DNA of 64,000 bases, the filler included, from Sphacelaria rigidula (lineage: Eukaryota): the NCBI GenBank assembly GCA_964200075.2. It is 4 parts of 4 records of this genome, joined end to end, with 100 filler letters (N's around TTAATTAATTAA, not from the genome) between each part and the next. Parts side by side here need not be neighbours in the genome. Positions count along the whole stretch, not along the records: positions 16,106 to 32,108 come from CAXNAA020001526.1; positions 32,209 to 48,208 come from CAXNAA020001527.1; 2 more parts are not named here. One strand, 5' to 3'. Under the pieces are notes generated by a model. The model made no database searches, had not been told where the DNA came from, and saw nothing but the letters and a program-made list of their open reading frames with translations. A program made the position numbers and the translations under genes. Below are positions 25,980 to 37,498 of this stretch, in pieces (positions within the stretch are counted from its first letter, which is position 1; each line of letters opens with the position of its first letter).

Positions 25980-28900
25980 TAAAGACTTCTGTCACTCAAG
26001 ATCAGATGGCCATGTGGACTCCTCCCATCACGGGCGCATGGACTTCAGCAGCTTTGGTTATTCATGTATTAACCCTCAGCATAGTACAGGAGAACAGGAC
26101 CCTAGTGTCTCTCCAACAGAGCAGCAACACCGGCTCTACTCGTCTCGGCGGTCACCATCACAGATTCCGGCAATCAGACCCGCAATCCACGGACACAATG
26201 TCCCTAATCTTAAGTAACAACGGTGGCTAGAGCCTACAGCACCCCCAAAGTTCTCTACTACCAACAAGTAGTTACATCAGGGCTTGACACACCCAGACAT
26301 TATTGGTGCCTGATAGTACCGTCGTTTTCCGCGAAGAATGACAACCTCTTCTGCTGCTTTCGACAAAATCCAATACAAGCTTGCCCCACGTCCGAACAAC
26401 TCGCAAGAGATCCCACGAAAATATCGTCCATCATGAACATGCAATCACGCTACTTGCACCACTTCGAGTTACAAAGCGATAGCTAGCGCCGAATTCTCAA
26501 ATCTTTGCCCGAAAGAAGTCTCCTGACTCTTCATTGGCAAGCAACCGTCAAATTCCAGAGCAGTCGTGACTCATCGTGCCTCTCATCCGAGACAAGGTAC
26601 TTCTCAACATACACAATGCACTCCTTGTACGTCCAACACCTGCGCAACGGAGTGCAACAGCCGAATGATACATCATACTGACGCTAGAAGGAAATAAGCA
26701 CCCAACACGTCTAAAACGCACCTGGCCTCTTGCTTCTGCAACACCGTAAAAAACGAATGCATCGTATGCCTCCCTGCCGTCAAAGCTTGAATGCTTCAAC
26801 TTGCCATCATTTCATAAAGACAATCAAAGGAAAGCCATTACTCAAACCGCTATGCAAGTCATGCATACTATCCAACGACGGCGAACGGACCTCGATCTCC
26901 GCTATCGTTAATCACCCCTTGTGATCTCGTTTTCGAACTCTTGTTTTCGAGCAAATCCCAGATATATCTATATCTCGTTTGGATCTGGGACCGTCATATC
27001 CCATCCGTGCATCAGCCAAAATGTAGATATAATGAATTCCTCGACACTCTTGCAGTCCACCTGCACCAGTTCTTCGAAGAAATGGACGCATCAGCCACAT
27101 GCTCCTTCTGACATGAACGAAAAACCAACCACGTGCTCGTTCAAGCACGTGAAAATCCGCACAAAAATTTGCCACCGTCAAAGATCATTGATGCATGCCC
27201 GCATAATGTCTTCATCTTCAACCACCGGAAGCACTCGCGTCATACCTGCTCACATACGACGAGCCCACGCATTTCGTATCTTTGAGCTCATTTTCACGTT
27301 AACAGCAGCATTCCATATCCTTCGAAGTATCCTGCAGTCAGTACGTGCGAACTGCACAAATATGATTCGACTGTGTTCCTGCGAGAACTAGATTATACGA
27401 GCTTCCCTTCATTTAGCATACACAGCAGTATATTAAAAACTGCCCCACCCTAGGTCGTCACCAGATACCATTCATATCAGTACCATTCAAGCAACAATTC
27501 ACACATGTCTGCCAAAAATCCACTCAGCATATGAAAATCCGCACATGCATGCCAATACTTCACCTAGCACATGCAATGCCACCTTCCTCGCAGCAAACAT
27601 CATGCATCGTCCGTGCCAACTACATCAGCACAACACGCACATGCCAAATATCCACGTGTACGCCAGAGTTTTACCCTGCACACGCGATAGGATCATACTC
27701 GCTCAACAGCCATGTTTCATGCGCAAGCATGACCACAAACCAGACAATAACAAGCTGAAATCATTCTCAACACGCACCCGATCACCACAGCACTTGCTCC
27801 TCAACATCAGCACCCAACTCGACGCTCATCACAACAGCGAACACCTCAGGTAATGTCTTCTTTGTAGTCCTCCAGCCCGCTCCTGAGAAACAACACTCGA
27901 ACCACAACCCCGTGCACAGTGTAGAGCAGCCTTTCCTCTCTGACACTCCCTCTTTGCACCTTGAGTCTTGCTACACCTGGCACCACTATGGTGTAGCTCA
28001 ACACGCCGCTCAAAGGTATATTCGCACCGCCGAACTAATGCGACAAGTCATCTGCCTCCCCCGATACTTGGGCAGTACTGAACACCTGTGCTTCAGTCAG
28101 TTTTACAGAGGAAACCGGAGGTGAAACGGGAACATCTACACAGTCCCGAACAGCAACACCTCCTGATGGCACACTATCCTCCTCAAACACCCCGCGGCGA
28201 AACAGTGGAAGCACCTCCGCCATCGCTGTCATATACGCCTAAGCTGTCCATGTAAACAGCAGTGCACACGACCATCCCAACACCGCGCGACGCTCGTCGT
28301 CGCCGTCAGAATAGTGATCGCTAACGATTAATGCCGAGATAGCCCCCCCACGAAACGGGCACCGGCACCATCCAACGAACCGGCTGCACGTTTTGCAGCA
28401 ATTTCGCCCACATGAGAGGCGTGTAGCAGTCCGAAATCAGCTATAACGCCCAATTCAGTCGCGTTGTGTAGAACGAAACAAGCTTGAACGGCACTTATTG
28501 ATCATCGCCTCTGTGCACGTTTTCGGCCGGTTTGGGGGAGGGGCTATCTGGGCAGCAGTCTAACAGCTTCACGAGCTTGCAGCTCATTCTGCGTACCCGC
28601 TTCACGCGGGTCACACGCCCCTGTTGCTTCGATCACGTAAGGCGTGTTCACAGCTACGCGCTGCTCCGGCGGCAATCTCGCCAACCTGGCATCCACCTGT
28701 CCCTCCAGCAGACACCCCTGCGAATCATCTGAACGATCTCCCGACATGTCACTGGCGCAGATAGATTCACCCTGAGCATCGCAAGCCCCAAGCTTGCTCT
28801 GCTCACTCTCATCACGAAGATAAAACCCCCTCGCAGCGGTGTGCATGCAAGGTGTGTCGCCAATCACGCGCTGGTCCGGCGACCACAAGCAACCTGGACC

Positions 28901-30713
28901 TTTGCCGCTCAGCGCTAGCTCATCGGAGCAAATTGGCTTCGCGCTTCCAACAGCAGCGGCGGCAGCGGCTGGATCAAATATCCCCGCTTCAGCCACCACC
29001 TCCTGCTTAGCGTACTCCTGAACGGCAACAGCGGCAGCTGAGCTGCCTGCAGTCCGCTCGAGCTGCGTGGCATGTTCGCCCTCTCCAACAGCAATACCAG
29101 CAGCATCCAAACCAATGCTTACCGTGGAGCTGTCGGCGGGCGCGCTCTCATGCCTACCCGTTTTGACAGACACGTGCTGCGTCTCCTTCCCGCTCTGCAC
29201 AGTGGAAATAGCTGCCCTGTATCATGGTTTTAGACGCGCCCTACCGACTGCACGTTCAGCGGGTGCACTATCGTGCCTATACCCTCGGGCAGAAACATGC
29301 TTGTCGGCTTTCACAGTGCCGGCATCTGCCCTGTATCGCTGTTCCAAACCCGCAGCACATACTACACGTTCGGCGGGTGCACTGTCATGCCTGTCCCCTC
29401 GGGCAGACACATGTTTCTCGGCTGCCACAGGGCAAGCAGCTGCGCTGTTTCGTTGTTCCAAACGCCCAGCACCTACTGCACGTTCGGCGGATGGACTATC
29501 GTGCCTGTCCCCTCGGGCAAACACATGCTTCTCGGCTTTCACAGTGCAAGCAGCCGCACGGGACGGCGCATGCTTGCGCAACGCGAGAAACAACTGCTCG
29601 TTCTCAACATCATAATCATGCTTCAAGAACGTGTCACACAGACATTTCGCAAAATGTTTCGGCATGAGCTCAGAAACTACTGCCACCTCAAAGAGGTTTG
29701 TCCACCGCGCGTTCACCTGATCTACATCTAGCGCATATTTCTTGTACTTCCGTAAAAACTCGGCCAGTTCTCGCTCGAAAAACTGCGGCCGTAGTACGGC
29801 ACCTCCAGCGCCAGTACAGGGACAACACGACCATCGACGATGACATATTTCTGCGCCTCATCATGGAGAACAGTCGAACAGGCTTGGTCGCTCGCCACCT
29901 CCACGGTTCTCATCAAGCGCCGAGCTACCACAACATATTTACATAGTGAACACTCACACAGCAAAATCACACAGCAGCACCTCAACAGCTCGAAAGCTGT
30001 TCCAGAAAAAACAGCGTTGTTTCTCTATCACAGAAACAATACAATAACCTTCCATATACCAAGACGCGTTTCGCCACCAAACGACAATGGCCACAGCGCC
30101 ATTTCCTCACGTAGGTCTCACCACGTGTTTAAACTCCTTAGACTCCTCTTCTCGAACGCGGCTGGCCAACCTCGAACCAGCCCTCTCGCAATTCTCCCGT
30201 CTCGAGTAGTAGTTGCGCCGCGTTTTTTGGAATGCACACGGGCTCGCCAGCTGTCGATCAACCCCCTGCACCTCACGCACGGGCGATACCACAGCCCGCC
30301 CTGGCATGCCTCAGAACCTTCTCGGCTTTACTTCTCTAATTCCTCGCGGCCTTAACACGCCTTGAGCTGGTCTTGTTTGCTGCAAACTGATCAGGCCTGC
30401 AGACTTCCCTATCTTAATGTGTCAGCTGCTTTTTCAGCGGACCAACTGCCTTTCAGCGGACATAATGAATGTTCATTGTAGACTTCTGTCACTCAAGATC
30501 AGATGGCCATGTGGACTCCTCCCATCACGAGCACATGGACTTCAGCAGCTTTGGTTATTCATATATTAACCCTCAGCATAGTACAGAAGAGCAGGACGAT
30601 GGACTCTCTCCACCAGAGGAGCAAAACCGGCTCTACTCATCACGGCAATCAGACCCGCAATCCACGGACACAATTTCCCTAACCTTAGGTACCTGTGGTG
30701 GCTAGAGTCTACA
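25980..30713 (-). mobile_element. Complete non-autonomous Gypsy-type LTR element (copy C, ~4.7 kb)
   Basis: LTRs at 25980-26238 and 30477-30713 (TGTAGACT...AGTCTACA termini on the right LTR); 4-bp TSD GTAA (25976-25979 / 30714-30717); frameshifted gag at ~29222-29870; colinear with copy A. Confidence 0.88.
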
Positions 30714-31458
30714 GTAACGAGCGTTCGTGCATGCCCTGCTGCCACTTTTGCCAAGCACACAAGTTGCGTACGACTATCATATCGCACAGAAATAACGCTG
30801 GCTCTTCCCCTCAATTGGGAAACCAATCGCTTCATCGGACACGAAGTCAAACCGCTGGCCCTGCGAAATCTTCTGATATGAGTTTCATGTCAACTTAAAC
30901 TTTTCGATGCACGTACGCGAGCGCTGTTCGATCTTCGGGATCTGAAGACCAACCTTCGAGCGATGCTCCTTCTCCGGGGCTTGAAGAAAAGACCTTGACG
31001 CCGCGACCTGTTCTCTCACGTACCGATTTGGACTCAGAGAACAGGACCGTGCCACCGGCCGAGTCATTGGCTCCTGACAGACATGTCAGTGAACCCATAA
31101 CGGTGGATTGCGTAGCACCCCCGTCGCTGCGGCCTGTTCTTCCGAATCCCTATGTGGAATCCGAAGTCAGGATTGTGCCCCCAGCCGAGTCGCTGCCCCT
31201 GGACACACGTGCACAGCTTGGTCCTGTAACGGTTGCTTCAACAGTGGCACCCCGTCGAACGACGGTTGACAACTCTCGAGACGACTCAGTCCTGACGAAG
31301 CGTATCGCTTCTAGAGCAAGAGATTTTGTCACGCTGGCTGCTTCCGTTACGGACCCCCATCGTCACGCTGGCTCTACTGCACACACACGCGGCCATTCGG
31401 CTACCTGTAGAGAATTTTGTAAAACGAAACACTCCCTAGCGTCCGTTTTTAAAATGCC

Positions 31459-31524
31459 CTCTAGAGGATATTGGGCATTGGTAATCCTCTAGAGGGTATT
31501 GGGCATTTGTAATCCTCTAGAGGG
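31459..31524. repeat. ~27-bp tandem repeat CTCTAGAGG(G/A)TATTGGGCATT(G/T)GTAATC, about 2.4 copies
   Basis: Direct read of the sequence. Confidence 0.8.
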
Positions 31525-32108
31525 TTTTCAAGATTGTGGTCTCCCTCGGAGGTCTGTGTCGAAATCCTCTTGATTGTTTTTGAAGCACGCGCATGCTATA
31601 GAAAATGCAATTTGGACAAACCTTGCTGTACGAAATAAATCGTTCATACCCGACGTACTCGACGTCCGGCAGAAAGGATTTATTTCGAACAGCAAAAGCT
31701 GTACAAATCCCATATATACTGGTAGATGGAATTCGTAGAGCAAAATAAGCTGTTCGAAACAAATCTTCCTTTCGCCCATCAATTCATCCTGTAATTGAGC
31801 AAAGGAAAGACTTGTTTACGAGCAGCCTCTGCTGTTCAAGTCCCACATACGAGTGTATGTTCACACGGCCGCGCTATACAGCATTAGCCGGTGGGTATAT
31901 GATGGAGGAAGGGGACATACCTTGCTCTTGTATCCATACAGGCTTTCAAAACCCCGTAGTCCGTGGTCTACGAATCGAACATAAACAGCAAAACATGTTT
32001 TTCATGCATGTACTTTGATATGACAATAACGAGAATGAGCACGCGCGGTTTGGTGCTGTATATACTGGACTGCGTACAATACCGTACAGGACAACAGTAC
32101 GATATATC

Positions 32109-32208
32109 NNNNNNNNNNNNNNNNNNNNNNNNNNNNNNNNNNNNNNNNNNNNTTAATTAATTAANNNNNNNNNNNNNNNNNNNNNNNNNNNNNNNNNNNN
32201 NNNNNNNN
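32109..32208. other. Artificial contig spacer 44N-TTAATTAATTAA-44N
   Basis: Exactly 100 bp, identical to the other spacers. Confidence 0.97.
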
Positions 32209-32238
32209 CCGCGGTGTTGGTGTCCATCTGGACCACGT

Positions 32239-32630
32239 GTACTTTTTCCAAGTGAACATTGATGCCGATTCAGCAGGTGACCTACTCTCGCGGTCTGACG
32301 GTTAAGTCCTCCTGCGGAGTTTGGGGGGGAGGATACTTCAGCTCTGTGTTACTATTTCGTATCTTCTCTGCAATAGAAAAATGCGACTTCAGCCCCATTT
32401 TAGTGTTGAACCCCAAAATGTAATCTCGGCTGTTATTCGGAGCCCAGTCTTGGTAAACCCTTGGACCTCGAAGCTGACAGTCTATCACATACTTTTTTCA
32501 AGTGAAATTGATGCCGATTCAGAGGACGACCTACACCCTAGGCCGCAACATACGAGTAGTTCATCTCGACTATGCCTACTTTTTTCAAGTGAAATTTAGA
32601 CCGATTCAACAGATGACCTACTCTCGCTGT
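32239..32630. repeat. Three copies of the motif TACTTTTTCAAGTGAAATTGATGCCGATTCA..AG.TGACCTAC (also reversed at ~34865 and inside the MITE at 59590)
   Basis: Copies at ~32240, ~32490 and ~32578; reverse-complement copies at 34866-34890 and 59611-59650. Confidence 0.7.
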
Positions 32631-35084
32631 CCAGGGGTCAACTACAGCGTAGCCTCGACACATGGGCAAACCGAAGATGTCGAGGATGTACAGAAGCCCG
32701 CATCACGAGCCAAACCTCCCACACAAAAATCAGGGTGAGCCAAAGTGAATTGACAGAAGCGTGACTATGGCCGAGTGTTCAAACTCGGTATTGGTCCAAA
32801 ATTGAAGATCTCTCCACAATCAGACGGAGGACTAAAACATGGAGCACGTCCTGTTTCACTGCTGTATCGCAGCAAAAACACTCAACCCTCTGTCATGTGT
32901 TGGACCTTCCACTGTCCATTCTGTTGTGGGGTGTTCACGCATTGCGAAGACGGTTTGGATTGCATGGGCTGCGATATAGTCGTTGTGTTCGTCTCTCCAA
33001 AAAGCAATGTCAGTCGGCACGCAGTGCTGGCTGCACACTGTTGGAAGCTTCATAGGTACGTTGACTGTTTCCTCTTCGGTAAGACGAGCAACGCGCTGTC
33101 CGTTGCTGCGACACTCCTGCTGGTGCCGTGCGTTGGGCGCCCTGCACTGTACCGTACTACGGTGTCTTGTTCGGTGTACTATACTGTACTATTTTATTCA
33201 TGGTTCTGTATCGGGTTGGTACACTACGAGATTCGACCGCACGAATACTAGATTGTTGTGTACGTACACAAGCAGCAGCGCTTTTCTAAACATAATTCCT
33301 GATTGTGGGAGGTACGACAACTATTTTTACTCTCGTCCCCCATGTTACCAACGCAGCGGAGCCTTAGGTGTATAGACGGTATGTCCTCACTTCCGCTGCG
33401 ATCCCCCGAAGCGTAGGTTCCACCACACAGGCGGCAGGGAAAACATCCTGGTTTATTTAAAACTCCTGTTATTCAGCAGGATTCTAAAATAAACCGGGAT
33501 GGATCTTTTTATCAAAGATTCAGCTGAAATTCCCGGATCTTGTGGTACGGATGACTCGCGGAACATCAAAGTGTTTTTTTTTTCAAGGAAAGGTCGCGAA
33601 CGTATTGCCAACTTTTAACCATACGGAGCAGAAAACGTGACGTGGCGATTCGCATCACACCAATAATTGGTGAAACTGTCAAATGAAAGCTGTTCTTCAC
33701 CGTTCTTCACCGTTCTTGGCGCCCCTTCACGTCATATACCGGGAGGGATCTTCCGCAAAGATCCATTTGGAGAATCTTCGATGGTGTTCGAGACAATCTC
33801 AGCGTTAGGATTAGACCCCAGGGAAAGTCCGAAAATAAGTGTTGTTTTTTTTTAGTCGTCTTTCATTGTAACAGGTGTAAAGTGTTCAAGCAGTAAAATT
33901 TCGATTTTCAACAGGGAAAGATGTACTACGGTACTCCCTAAAACTATTCTACATGTTTAATTCCGAGCGATGTTCACCAAATACCCCCACAGTTGTCACA
34001 AATCCCATCTGAGGGGGGGGGGTGCCCGCGCTTTCCATCTCTGCATCAGATCCCGTTTGGGACCGTCAGAAGGGATATTCAAACTACAGCTGCCGCGGAT
34101 TCTAAATTAAAAAGAAACGGCTCGGATTTTCCAGCACGTTGCACTACAGTAGACAAAGTATTGTTCAACAGCGCACCGCGAAACCGGTTCTCAAGACAGC
34201 CACGGCGGAGGTGGCCATACAAGGTGTGATAGCTGGTTCAGACTGGATGAAGCGCCTCGCATGCGCACTACTGGCGAAACAACCCCAGGCGTGGGGCTAA
34301 CCCTTACCTCCGTTGTGTGTGTCCGCAGCTTTATTGTGGGACACCCATTTGATCCAACTGACCACTGTACTGTAGGGATGCTGTACTCTGCTGATGATGG
34401 TAAATCTCAGCAGACTGCTGAATTATGCTGTGTTTCAAAGATCGTTGGCGTCTGCCGCCGCATTGGATCGTTTCGCTGACGGCGGTCGTCGCCGGCGCAG
34501 CAGTATGAAGTCTCTTTCAGATACTCAACAAGAGAGGCGCTCGAAAACTCGATGACTAGTCCAAATAAGTATGTTTTCGGCATGCTTTTTTACGTGTTCC
34601 GTAGCGCTTAGACGCAGGGGTTGCTCAAAAGATGCGGCACAATGAATGGCAGTGACTTTTCTGTAGGACTGTTCACCATCATGCTTTCGCTGCCGTGCAG
34701 AAACGTTTGCGTTAGGGGCACATGGTCGAAAGCGGCTGCGAATCCCGAGCCTTTTGAACAAAGTAAATGAAATTCCGATGGTCCGTTGAACCTGAGTGAT
34801 GCTACAGTAGGGTTGCATTTTTTTAGCGAAAATGCTTCTGGGGGTGTTGCAAGCATCATTTTGAGAATCGGCATCATTTTCACTTGAAAAAGGCTGAAAA
34901 ATGATTCCGATTCACGAAAAGGCCCCTGTGTGCATCTTCATGTCCTATCTCCGGAGATTTGGGTTGCACAGTGAGCCCCATATATATGGGCTCCCTCGAA
35001 AACGAGACCCAGAAACAAAAAGTGCGACCCTTGTCGTAGCATGCGTCACCTGAATCAAATGTTGAACCTAAAAAACGAATCCAG

Positions 35085-35975
35085 GCTGTTAATTTTGTAG
35101 CTTCCCCAATCCTGCCGGAGTGGAGGGCGTACTGCCTAGGGTCTTTCCCTGCGCGACTTGCTAGCTGCTGTAGAGCCGCGGCATCTTCGTTGCGCGTGAT
35201 AACTTTCCACCCCTTTCCACTCCAGGTCTGCATCAGCTGCGCTTGTGCGCCTAGGCTAGGGTCATTCTAGTGCGCCGTTGATCTGTTGGTACACTTCGTC
35301 CTGTTCCACCGGAATCCTTTTCTAAGATGTTGCTGCTCCTCGGCGTTTTTGATCTGCCTTGGAGGCCTCAAACGTAACCCCCACCGTGTCCGCTTCCCTC
35401 CTGCCAACCCCTTCAAGATGGCCTGAACCTTGAAACAATTGTAGATCGCCTCTGGTGAGGCAAAATTCGGAATGTACTAAGCCGGTGTTGTATGCCCAGA
35501 TTTCCGAGGCTTTACACAGTAGAAATTATTACAGCGCCATACTGATCCACTTGACGCGCTTTTCCACCGACTCCGCACTTCTTGATCCTTTTGCATTCAA
35601 GATGTCTATCGTCAAGGGTTTCCTCACTCTCCTCTCAACCTCACCTCAACCTCACCTCCCCCATGCATCCTGTCAATACCCTTGTATATCGCAGGTACCA
35701 TACAGTGCCGAGAGGGTAACTCCCACCCCGTCAACACCTTATGAAAGTATTGGATAGCAGACAGGTATGATCGTACTGTTGAGCTCTGGTTCCCGTGGCA
35801 GAAAGCCCTACTCGCCATGAACGTAGTGAGGGAGTTCACTGCGGCCAGCTCCCCGTCTTCTTCTCGTAAGAAGTCCTGCTGCCCCCGAGCTTCTCTCCAT
35901 TTTACCCTTCTCTCGAATTGCCTCATGTAGCCTTCTTGGTACTGCTACCTGCGGATGCGAGGGCTAACGTTCCTA
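35085..35975 (-). pseudogene. Tyrosine recombinase of the YR retrotransposon (stops/frameshifts, C-terminus truncated)
   Basis: STVRSYLSAIQYFH, AIYKGIDR, LLCKASEIWAY (catalytic-Arg box), YALHSGRIGEAT (H-x-x-R box). Confidence 0.85.
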
Positions 35976-36239
35976 TCAGCTCTTGCTCATCATGTAAGTG
36001 ACCGTGTTGTTGTCCTGGTGAGTATCGAGGGGGATAGAGAATGGGGAAAGGAAGGTATGGTGCCAAAACGGGCGGCGCAAGTGGTGATGGTAGCCTTTGT
36101 TAATTAACCACAACTCATCGTCTAGTCGTCTTTCCGGCAGCGGTTCATGAAGAACCACGTCGAACATAGTTTCCCCCCGAAGACCAATGTCGTAATATTT
36201 CCAGCCCTGTTCTCCTCTTAATTGCTTAATTTTGTTTTG

Positions 36240-36986
36240 AACTTGGTCCGCCGGCCATCTCGAAATTCCGTCAGCCAGTACATTGCCAATACCTCGAATG
36301 TGTTGTGCTATTGGACACTATCGCGATGTGAGTTCCATACGACAAATCGTTCTCATGAGTAGGCCAGCCCGCCTGTTACGAGAACCCCCACAGCGGTTCA
36401 CCCACGATACTGCGGAGGCGTTGTCGCCCCGCATCAATACTGGCTCTCCTGGCTCCGTGGGTTTTTCTCCAAGAAACATCTGAATAACGTACGCCGTCAT
36501 CATCATCCCGTACAATTCGAAATGATTTATCTTAATGGAACAGTTTTCTCTGGCCTTTGCTTTGCGGACTAGTTCCGACGTAAAGGCGGGGGGGAAGATG
36601 TATCGCCAGAAAACCTTCAGCTCTGGGCAGTATCCTCCAACAGCGCTGAAACTGGCGTCCGAAAAATAGCGTCGTGAAGCCGGCCGATCTACCCGGGAAA
36701 ACAGAGAGGCGCTAAGCGCTTCTCCTTGGTCAAGTAATACTTTATGATCGATTGCCCATGTTCCAAAAGAAATATCCCCATGGAAATCCCACCCCAGCTT
36801 TAGTCGTTTTCTGTTGTCCTGTTTTCTGCGGCCCGCTTGATGTAACCCGGATACTCGTAACAGCTGCCAAACAAAATATGTACCGGCTGGGACAACGTAG
36901 GTGAGGTTCCACAATTTTCCGGCCACACTCAGTATGTCAGCGACGGAAGCATACGACCTGTCCTGGGGCCATTCGTTTTTCAACAT
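36240..36986 (-). pseudogene. RT thumb / RNase H of the YR retrotransposon
   Basis: YFSDASFSAVGG, INHFELYGM, RGDNASAVSWVNR, HIRGIGNVLADGISR: the DIRS-type RNase HI D-E-D-D motifs. Confidence 0.88.
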
Positions 36987-37239
36987 CTCACGGATTTGTT
37001 CAATCTTTTGGGTGGGTATCTAAATTCACATGCTGTGAGTGTTGATGGTGTACCTCAACGCCTCCACGGTGGTACCCCAATCGGTACTTTTAGTGGGTGC
37101 TAGGATTGGAGTTTCACCGCGTTCGCCTGGTCCGAATAATCTCAGGTGGTCGGAAGCGAGAGAGGTGGATGCTAGTAACGCTAACTGGTCCTCTTCGTCG
37201 TGTTGTATTTTGGCAAATATAAAATCATCTACACAAACC

Positions 37240-37498
37240 GGTGACGCCAGCAGGTTGCTAGTACTGCAGCGTCTAATGCTGTTGAGGGACTCCCCAGTTA
37301 CACTGGCCTCAGGTTTCACTTGTTCGCCTTCACAACAACATTTATTATCCTGGAGTGCCACCCAGGCACATACGCTCCATAAACCACACCAGGGTATCAA
37401 CCCTGTGTCTATGTCATCATACATATCATCACTACATATCCCAAGTGATCATCCATATCATCACTATATACTGGACGTGACGGCATGATTTCGTCACA
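37240..37498 (-). repeat. 3' LTR of the Gypsy element
   Basis: About 90% identical to 42896-43154, same length. Confidence 0.93.
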
